Below, piece by piece: positions 57,839-64,000 of a stretch of DNA of 64,000 bases. The stretch covers positions 3,013-67,012 of IMG/VR virus record IMGVR_UViG_3300012971_001434, one strand, 5' to 3'. The translations under genes were made by a program, and so were the position numbers. The number at the start of each line of letters is the position of its first letter. Position 1 is the stretch's first letter. The notes under the pieces are model-generated. The model did not search any database, was not told where the DNA came from, and worked only from the letters and a program-made list of their open reading frames with translations. Source of the DNA: a virus. Lineage: Duplodnaviria > Caudoviricetes.

Positions 57839-58216
57839 TCAAGGATTATTGCGATAATAGGTGACATACAGCGCGGCATCGGCGGTCTGGCGAATGGCCT
57901 GAAACGCGCGAATCGAATCAATCCCGCAAATGATGAACGTCTGGGGCGGCGTGCCGAAGACCGGATGGCCGACGGTCGCGGTGGGCGTGCCGCTGACGGT
58001 ATAGCGCAGATCGCCACTGTTGACACTCACCACGGCGAGGGTGGGCGTAATCCCGGTGGGTTGATAGATCGCGGCGGTGAGGCCGGTGACCGTCGTGGAA
58101 ATGGTCAGCGTTTCGGTGGCGAACGGCGCTTGCTTGACCGTGACGCCAGGACACTGCGCTTGGCTCAGCAGCGGTACGCACAGCAAGGCAAGAGCGAGCA
58201 GCCAGCGACGCAGCAT
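57839..58216 (-). CDS. small secreted protein
   Basis: Signal peptide MLRRWLLALALLCVPLLSQA; GAGG SD. Confidence 0.75.
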   Translation of the reverse strand: MLRRWLLALALLCVPLLSQAQCPGVTVKQAPFATETLTISTTVTGLTAAIYQPTGITPTLAVVSVNSGDLRYTVSGTPTATVGHPVFGTPPQTFIICGIDSIRAFQAIRQTADAALYVTYYRNNP

Positions 58217-58343
58217 CGGATACCTCGGAAATCGCCTGAGCCTGAGAAACGCAGTCGCGCGTATCGCCCGGCCAGGGTGTGGGCCTAGCCGGGGGCGCGT
58301 TTTGGAAGACGTGCTGTGGCAGAGAGACAGGCAAGCCGGGCAC

Positions 58344-58390
58344 AAAAAAAGCGTGCTTGAGCGAGACCTGGATCTCTCCCAAAACACGCT
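58344..58390 (-). terminator. intrinsic terminator
   Basis: Minus strand AGCGTG...GAGA-N8-TCTC...CACGCT followed by a T run. Confidence 0.65.
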
Positions 58391-58396
58391 AGCATC

Positions 58397-58426
58397 ATTG
58401 TAAACGTGACACTTGAACTATGTCAA
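58397..58426 (-). promoter_or_regulatory. sigma70 promoter
   Basis: TTGACA-18-TACAAT with TGACA-N9-TGTCA dyad. Confidence 0.65.
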
Positions 58427-58450
58427 TTCCTTTGCCGAAAATTCATCGTG

Positions 58451-58717
58451 CTAGCCAGGCGTGTAGGGCGCCTCAGCATCATTGCCGGTCTCCTCATAGA
58501 CGAGCGCCCCGTGCTCCGCGTCAAACTGGCAGGCCGTCAGCGACACGGGGAGGCTGATCTGGGCCGCGGCGAGGAGGCGCAGGAGCGTGGCGTGATGGCG
58601 GTGCTCCATGTCTTGCGCCAGCAGCCGGGCCTGCATCTGCGCGAGGTCATGCTCCAGCATGGCGATCTGCATGCGTAAGGCCGTCTCCAAGGGCAGCAGG
58701 ATCTGTTTACGAGCCAT
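58451..58717 (-). CDS. small coiled-coil protein (possible tail-fibre chaperone)
   Basis: 88 aa, directly after the S74 fibre gene. Confidence 0.6.
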   Translation of the reverse strand: MARKQILLPLETALRMQIAMLEHDLAQMQARLLAQDMEHRHHATLLRLLAAAQISLPVSLTACQFDAEHGALVYEETGNDAEAPYTPG

Positions 58718-58729
58718 CGCGCAGCGCTC

Positions 58730-59776
58730 CTAGGGGATACGCTTGCGCCGAGCTGGGGCATGGCCCTCGGCACTGTCCACCCCGGTCACTCCTTCCAAGT
58801 GTTCCAGACGCTCGGCCAATTCCTTGACGGCATTCACCAGCATATAGGTCACCGGCGTCATGTCCAGGGCGTGCACCATGGCGGTCTGGCGGGCCTCTTC
58901 AGGCCCCCATTCCGCCTGATAGGGATGCAGCATATACGGGGCAACCGGCTCGACTTCCTCCGCAATGAGGCCCAGACAGCGCTGGCCTGTGGGCAGGTTC
59001 ATCTCGCCGGTAAACTCATACCAGCGCGGCAGGAGCTGGCGCACCTGGGCCAGGCCATCCGGGAAGGCCACGATGTCTTTCTTGAAGCGCGCATTGGAGC
59101 CCGAGGCCAGCCAGCCCCCCGCGGTGGGTTTCGCGACATCATCGCCCGCCGCCTGGATCAAATGCTGCGGGCTCACATTGGAACCCACCATCAGCCCGGT
59201 ATTGTTGATCACGATCTGAGCGCCGGCGCCCGGACGGGTAAATTGCAAATCCCCATTGTTGATGGTGATGAACTGCCAGCACGAGTTGGCATTGCTTTTA
59301 TTGCGGGAGATCTGGATCCCCGTGGTGTTGTTCAGGCCGACAAACATATCGATGCCGGTGTTGTCCGCGGGCGCGGCATTGAGTTCCCAGGCAAAGCCCC
59401 CGCCACTATTGGACTGCACAAACGTGGTACAGACCAGATTCGTAATTTCCATGGGCGTCGCAACCGTGCTTTTGGTGATGACACCCGGCCCCGTTTTCCA
59501 ATTATTTTGCCAGGCCATGACCAGGCCCACCGCCAGCGCCGCGCCCGACGCGACATTCACCGTCACCCCCTGCGGAATAAGCCAGATGACATTGCTCGGC
59601 ACGCTCAGATTGCTCGTGATGCTCCACACCCCCGTGCCGGTATAGGTGAGGACGAGGACCGCGGGCGTACTGCCAATGGCCGTATGTGCGGCCTGAATGG
59701 TGGCTTGCGTGAGCGCCGTGCCGTAGCGCAGCGCATCGACATAGGACATATGCTCCTGAGCGAGCATGTGCGGCAT
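58730..59776 (-). CDS. tail fibre/spike with C-terminal peptidase S74 chaperone
   Basis: SNARFKKDI..LAQVRQL.P..Y..GLIAEEV..LVNAVKEL; no signal peptide. Confidence 0.88.
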   Translation of the reverse strand: MPHMLAQEHMSYVDALRYGTALTQATIQAAHTAIGSTPAVLVLTYTGTGVWSITSNLSVPSNVIWLIPQGVTVNVASGAALAVGLVMAWQNNWKTGPGVITKSTVATPMEITNLVCTTFVQSNSGGGFAWELNAAPADNTGIDMFVGLNNTTGIQISRNKSNANSCWQFITINNGDLQFTRPGAGAQIVINNTGLMVGSNVSPQHLIQAAGDDVAKPTAGGWLASGSNARFKKDIVAFPDGLAQVRQLLPRWYEFTGEMNLPTGQRCLGLIAEEVEPVAPYMLHPYQAEWGPEEARQTAMVHALDMTPVTYMLVNAVKELAERLEHLEGVTGVDSAEGHAPARRKRIP

Positions 59777-59798
59777 ATGGTGTTTCCTTTCTCGTGTG

Positions 59799-62700
59799 CT
59801 AACTGACGACGATGGACAGCAAACTGCCCGCCGCCTGGATATGCGTGAAGGCATCGACGGCTTCATGCAGATTGAGCGCCGGGGTGAGCCCCGGAATTTG
59901 CTCACTGCTCGGCACGAGCTGCACGCTAATACGCCAGGTCGCTGCGAGCGGGATGCCGCCGCCGTCGCCGGGTCCACCCGCGCCCGGCCCCACATTGCTC
60001 ACCAGCGCCTGCCCCGTATTGTAGGCCGTGAGATTCCACATGGTGCCGGCCGCATCGGTGAGGACGGCCGGTTGATAGGTGCCCAGGCCGCTGGGAATGG
60101 TGGTCTGGAGAAAGAAGGTGTCCCCATGCACTGTCACGTACCACGTGGTATTCACCTCATCCACGACCGTAAACCACACGACCGGCGTGCCGCCAGGGGT
60201 GTGGTCCGAGCCGCCGCTGATGGTGGTCGTCAGGCTCGGGACTTCAGCATCCATGTAGAAGGCATAGAGGACGCCGGCACTGTCCCGCATGCGCCAGTAA
60301 TCCGCTGAGCCGGGCACGGGGGGATCAGGCCCTGCCCCCGGCCCCGGCCCGCCGCCCACCGGAGGCGTCGCCACCAGCGCTTCCTCCGGTGCGTCCATCG
60401 TCAGCGTCCACACCGCGCCCGTGCTATCGGCGAGGTGGGCGGCCTGGTAGGTGCCGGTACCGCTCGACGCCGTGAGCGCGGCCTGGAGCGTGTCCCCCTG
60501 CACCGAGACATACCACGTCGTATTGTTTTGATCGGCGGCGACAAACCAGGGCAGTGGGGCCCCGCCGGGCGTCGTCTCATGGCCCCCCGTGATGCTCGTG
60601 GTCAGTGTCGGCACCTCAGCCTCCATAAACAGGGCATAGGTAGTGCCCTGATCGTCTACGAGGCGCCAGTAGTCGGCGTTGGTGGGAATAGTGGGGGGCG
60701 GTGTGGTGGGCGGCGTACTGGTCGACGTACTGGTCAGCAGGGCCTCCTCACCGCTCGACACCGTGACGTACCAGACCTGTCCACTGGCGTCATGCAGGGT
60801 GAGCGCCGTACTCGTGCCCGCCCCGCTCGGCGCCGCCCCGCTGACGGTCAGCGTGTCCCCGGAGGTAGCGAGATACCACGTGGCGCCGGTCTCGTCCTGG
60901 AGGCTCACCCAGGTGAGGGGCGAGAGGCTCGGCGTCTGATTCGAGCCGCCACTATAATCGTAGGTCAGTGTCAGCACCTCGCCCTCAATCCACAGGGCCG
61001 CGCCCGTCCCCGTGCTGTCATAGAGCACCCAGTAGTCGGCGTTGGTGGGGATGGTGGTGGACGGCGGGGTAGACGGCGGCGGCGTGGTAACGGTCGTGGG
61101 GCTACTGAGCAGCGCTTCCTCACCGCTCGACACCGTGACAGCCCAGGCTTGGCCATCCGCGTCATGCAGGATCAGTGCCGTACTTGTCCCTGCCCCACTC
61201 GGTGCCGTAGTCGTGACGCTCAGCGTATCCCCGGAGGTAGCGAGATACCACGTGGCGCCGGTGTCGTCCTGGAGGCTCACCCAGGTGAGGGGCGAGGTGC
61301 TCGGCGTGGTATTCACGCCGCCACTAAAATCATAGGTCAGCGTGACGACCTCGCCCTCAATCCACAGCGCCGCACCCACGCCCGCGCTGTCATAGAGCAC
61401 CCAGTACTCCGCCGCCGACGGCAGGGTCGTGGTCAGTGGCGTCACCTCCGGCAGCTGCGTGGTGACGACGGGGGCGATCGCCCCCGTTTCCAGGTACGGA
61501 GCGCTGAAGAGTCCTGTCGTGATGCCGGTCTGCGAGGTCTGCGTTGCCACCAGCGCCTGCTCGGTCAGGCTCACGGTCAGCGTCCAGAGGATGGGCTGCG
61601 TATCGGCCAGGATGGCCGGCGTGTCCGCGCCAATGCCGGGCGGAACTGTGAGGGAGACAACCAGGGTATCGCCGGCAATGCTCACAAACCAGCGCTGATG
61701 TCGTGCATCAAAGGCCAGGAACCAGGACAGCGGATCGTCGCTCGGCGTGTAGTCCACGCCTCCCGGCGGCGGCGACAGGCCGATGGTCGGGATCTCCGGC
61801 TCCATCCAGACATAGTAGGGCGTGCCGACATTGTCGATCATGCGCCAGTAGTCCGGGTGCCCGGCACTAAGCTGGGTGGCGGTGAGTTGCCAGCGCTGGT
61901 CCAGTTCGTCGAGGAAAAAGACCGGTTCGCGCCAGCCCCACGGGGACCCAATCGGCGGCGCAATGTCGCCCATCGGGGCGCCCGTGGGCGAGGGATAGGC
62001 ATAAATGGCGCCGTTGGGGATGGGGATACGCACCCAGCCAATCTCGCCCCACGGGCTCTGATCGATACTGTTCGGCCAGAGGTGCGCGCTCCATTGCAGG
62101 AGTCCCCGATGCACGCGCCAGAACCAGCGGGCGCCCGTCCCATCATTGAGGCACATCGTCGTGGCATGGCCCTGGGTCGTGACGGCAGGGGCACTGCTGA
62201 CCCCCAGCGTCCCGGTCGGCGTAATCCCGTAGTGCCAGAGGACACCTTGCTGATCACCGAGGGCTTGCGGTGTCGCCGTGCCACGCCCGCCTGGCGAGGT
62301 CTGCGAGACCTGGAGCACGCCCCCAGTCGAGGGGTAGGCATACCACAGCGCTTGCTCCTGGTCGTAGAGCCGCAGCCACTGATAGGGACCGCCCGCAGGG
62401 GTGGCGTTGAGCGAGTCGGCGGGTTGCGTCGAGGTCATCGTGACATGCTGGCTCTGGATCCACAGCCACCAGAGATGGCCCATCCTATCGACCAAGTTGA
62501 GCGCCTGGAAGGGATAGCCTGGGGAGAGCAGGGTCAGGATGGGATTGCCCGTACTCACGGCGACGGGCATGAGGGCTTCTTCCTGAGACGCCACAGTGAG
62601 CTGCCAGCGCACCCCGGCGCCGTCCTGCACCTCGAACACGGTCGTCGTGCCAGGGCTCAGCGGCTGCGTCTGACTGATCGTGAGCGTATCGCCCGCAATG

Positions 62701-63299
62701 GTCACATACCACGTCTGGCTGAGGTCATCCAGCACGGTGAACCAGTGCAGCTTGTGGGGTCCAGGAGCCACGTCGATCCCAGGCGGAGGCATCTGGGAAA
62801 TCATTGGGAGGCCGCTCTCGACGGTCACCGCGTACCATAGGGCATCAGCACTCACCATGCCCCAGTAGCTGTAGGGCGACGTCACCGGCTGCGTATCAGC
62901 CACAAAGACATGCTGTTCACTGCGGCCCGTCCGCAGCGTCAGGTGCGTCTGATCGAAGAGCAGATCAGCCAGAATACGGATGCAGTCGAGCGTGCCCTTG
63001 GGATGCCAGAGAATGTGCATGCCGACTTGCCGGGCGTAGGCATCGGGGCGCTGGAGGTAGCGACGTAACCCGTAATCTTCAAGTAAGACATCAAGGTCCA
63101 CGCCCTGCGCCTGAAGCAGGAGGGTCATCGTGGACGCGATGGATCGATTCTCTATGAAAATGGCCATCTGCGCGGCAAAGGCCCGATAGAGGTCGCGCTG
63201 CAAGGTCTCGGACTGGGGATCGGTGTCCCACAGACTGGGCGGCAGCCTTTTGAGCATTCTCTCAAGAATCTCGGCCGTCGAAGTCGTCAGGCTAGGCAT
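59799..63299 (-). CDS. baseplate wedge/tail protein I-like protein with 8 tandem beta-rich repeats
   Basis: N-terminal RLPPSLW..LLLQAQG.DLD..YGLRRY..PDAYAR..KGT; repeat YW.L.D..G..W....GDTL..D..G..W.LT. Confidence 0.7.
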   Translation of the reverse strand: MPSLTTSTAEILERMLKRLPPSLWDTDPQSETLQRDLYRAFAAQMAIFIENRSIASTMTLLLQAQGVDLDVLLEDYGLRRYLQRPDAYARQVGMHILWHPKGTLDCIRILADLLFDQTHLTLRTGRSEQHVFVADTQPVTSPYSYWGMVSADALWYAVTVESGLPMISQMPPPGIDVAPGPHKLHWFTVLDDLSQTWYVTIAGDTLTISQTQPLSPGTTTVFEVQDGAGVRWQLTVASQEEALMPVAVSTGNPILTLLSPGYPFQALNLVDRMGHLWWLWIQSQHVTMTSTQPADSLNATPAGGPYQWLRLYDQEQALWYAYPSTGGVLQVSQTSPGGRGTATPQALGDQQGVLWHYGITPTGTLGVSSAPAVTTQGHATTMCLNDGTGARWFWRVHRGLLQWSAHLWPNSIDQSPWGEIGWVRIPIPNGAIYAYPSPTGAPMGDIAPPIGSPWGWREPVFFLDELDQRWQLTATQLSAGHPDYWRMIDNVGTPYYVWMEPEIPTIGLSPPPGGVDYTPSDDPLSWFLAFDARHQRWFVSIAGDTLVVSLTVPPGIGADTPAILADTQPILWTLTVSLTEQALVATQTSQTGITTGLFSAPYLETGAIAPVVTTQLPEVTPLTTTLPSAAEYWVLYDSAGVGAALWIEGEVVTLTYDFSGGVNTTPSTSPLTWVSLQDDTGATWYLATSGDTLSVTTTAPSGAGTSTALILHDADGQAWAVTVSSGEEALLSSPTTVTTPPPSTPPSTTIPTNADYWVLYDSTGTGAALWIEGEVLTLTYDYSGGSNQTPSLSPLTWVSLQDETGATWYLATSGDTLTVSGAAPSGAGTSTALTLHDASGQVWYVTVSSGEEALLTSTSTSTPPTTPPPTIPTNADYWRLVDDQGTTYALFMEAEVPTLTTSITGGHETTPGGAPLPWFVAADQNNTTWYVSVQGDTLQAALTASSGTGTYQAAHLADSTGAVWTLTMDAPEEALVATPPVGGGPGPGAGPDPPVPGSADYWRMRDSAGVLYAFYMDAEVPSLTTTISGGSDHTPGGTPVVWFTVVDEVNTTWYVTVHGDTFFLQTTIPSGLGTYQPAVLTDAAGTMWNLTAYNTGQALVSNVGPGAGGPGDGGGIPLAATWRISVQLVPSSEQIPGLTPALNLHEAVDAFTHIQAAGSLLSIVVS

Positions 63300-63498
63300 C
63301 GCGTTCTCCGCGCACCTCCTGTGCGGTGTCTGCCTCCACGCGTGTCTGAAAGACGTACAGGGCCGCGTCAAGGAAGTCCTGAGCTGCGCCCTGCGTCTCG
63401 GGCGTAGGATCCTCGACGCCATAGAGGAGGGCGTCGTCGTCAGCCTGGAGCAATGCTTTGACCTGGGGATAGCGATCAATCCAGTCAGCAAGTGGCAT
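63292..63498 (-). CDS. hypothetical protein
   Basis: 68 aa between baseplate genes. Confidence 0.55.
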   Translation of the reverse strand: MPLADWIDRYPQVKALLQADDDALLYGVEDPTPETQGAAQDFLDAALYVFQTRVEADTAQEVRGERDA

Positions 63499-63501
63499 AG
63501 C

Positions 63502-63744
63502 TCAGGTCCTCTCGTGGTTAGCCCAAGCGGGCGGGCATTCCATATCACCCACACACGCTCCGACATAATGGCGGCACGCGGCATTGACACACCAGACATA
63601 ATAATCCGTGTGCATCTCCTCGGAGGGATCAGGGGCATGACTGGAATCCGTGGCATACGTTGGTGCGCCACACGCTAAGCATGTCCCATCGCGCCAGACG
63701 ATGTCGCCGTCACGCGGGGCCTGACGAATATCGGAGGGTGGCAT
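63502..63744 (-). CDS. small Cys-rich protein
   Basis: CLACG..WCVNAAC. Confidence 0.55.
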   Translation of the reverse strand: MPPSDIRQAPRDGDIVWRDGTCLACGAPTYATDSSHAPDPSEEMHTDYYVWCVNAACRHYVGACVGDMECPPAWANHERT

Positions 63745-63747
63745 AGC

Positions 63748-64000
63748 TTATACCTTATAGACGTTGACAGTAATGCGTCCAGGCATGGGTTTGACCCCGA
63801 TGCCACCGCCGACGGTACCGGCGGGTGTCGTGCTGAACGCCGTGGGGAGACGGTAGATGATATTGAAGACCTCGACCACCGTAGAGTCAATCACGCCATC
63901 CGTCTGCATCAGCGTCACCACCTGCCCCACGCTGGACTGATACAGGAACGTATAGAGCGCATTGGCAATAGCGCTTTGACTGCGGGTGGGGTCCGGCGTA
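63748..64000 (-). CDS. C-terminal end of probable baseplate J-like protein (runs off the window)
   Basis: Open frame ...IANALYTFLYQSSVGQVV..GVID..PGRITVNV; position upstream of the gpI-like gene. Confidence 0.5.
   Translation of the reverse strand, partial: TPDPTRSQSAIANALYTFLYQSSVGQVVTLMQTDGVIDSTVVEVFNIIYRLPTAFSTTPAGTVGGGIGVKPMPGRITVNVYKV

Noticed and set aside
51530-63299. Diversity-generating retroelement in the fibre or baseplate repeats
   Set aside because: No reverse transcriptase in the window, and differences between repeat copies are not confined to adenines.
59799-63671. 1290-aa length given by the ORF track
   Set aside because: The upstream 124 codons overlap two other plausible genes; the start at 63299 fits better.
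1-64000. Many long overlapping ORFs on alternative frames or strands (e.g. 38985-40373 +, 39934-41457 +, 43989-45443 +, 60435-62840 +, 9366-10544 -, 25351-26460 -)
   Set aside because: Shadow ORFs typical of GC-rich DNA: Arg/Pro/Ala-rich, no motifs, and overlapping well-supported genes.
1-64000. Integrase/att sites, tRNA or rRNA genes, capsid or terminase genes
   Set aside because: No recognisable motifs found; they may lie outside the window.

Overview
This GC-rich 64 kb window looks like one large mobile element that combines a conjugative system with a phage. From about 0.6-16.1 kb on the + strand lies a P-type (Trb/VirB) T4SS and mobilisation operon: traF, virD4, trbC, D, E, F, G, I, J, L, a TraD/MobS-like gene and a MOBQ relaxase. 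No VirB11/TrbB is visible in the window, and small phage-like ORFs are interleaved among the trb genes. Two diverged copies of a roughly 450-nt structured element with compensatory base changes flank trbD. From 16-37 kb (mostly + strand) is a phage-type early, replication and recombination region. It holds an RHH-HNH-SF2 helicase cassette, a DNA methyltransferase with repeated SPP(Y/F) modules, a primase Zn-finger gene plus a DUF3987-like replication gene, RecT, several HNH/GIY-YIG genes, an IS200/IS605-type mini-element, AsnB and a GT2. From 37-64 kb (- strand) is a phage tail/baseplate-type operon. Its downstream run of nine genes (beta-helix/LamG proteins and a 2097-aa protein with tail-fibre-type repeats) carries signal-peptide-like N-termini: eight with a clear start codon, one with an uncertain start. 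An internal sigma70-like promoter and terminator precede this run. No integrase, capsid, terminase, rRNA, tRNA or CRISPR array was seen. All assignments come from motif recognition by eye, not from database searches.
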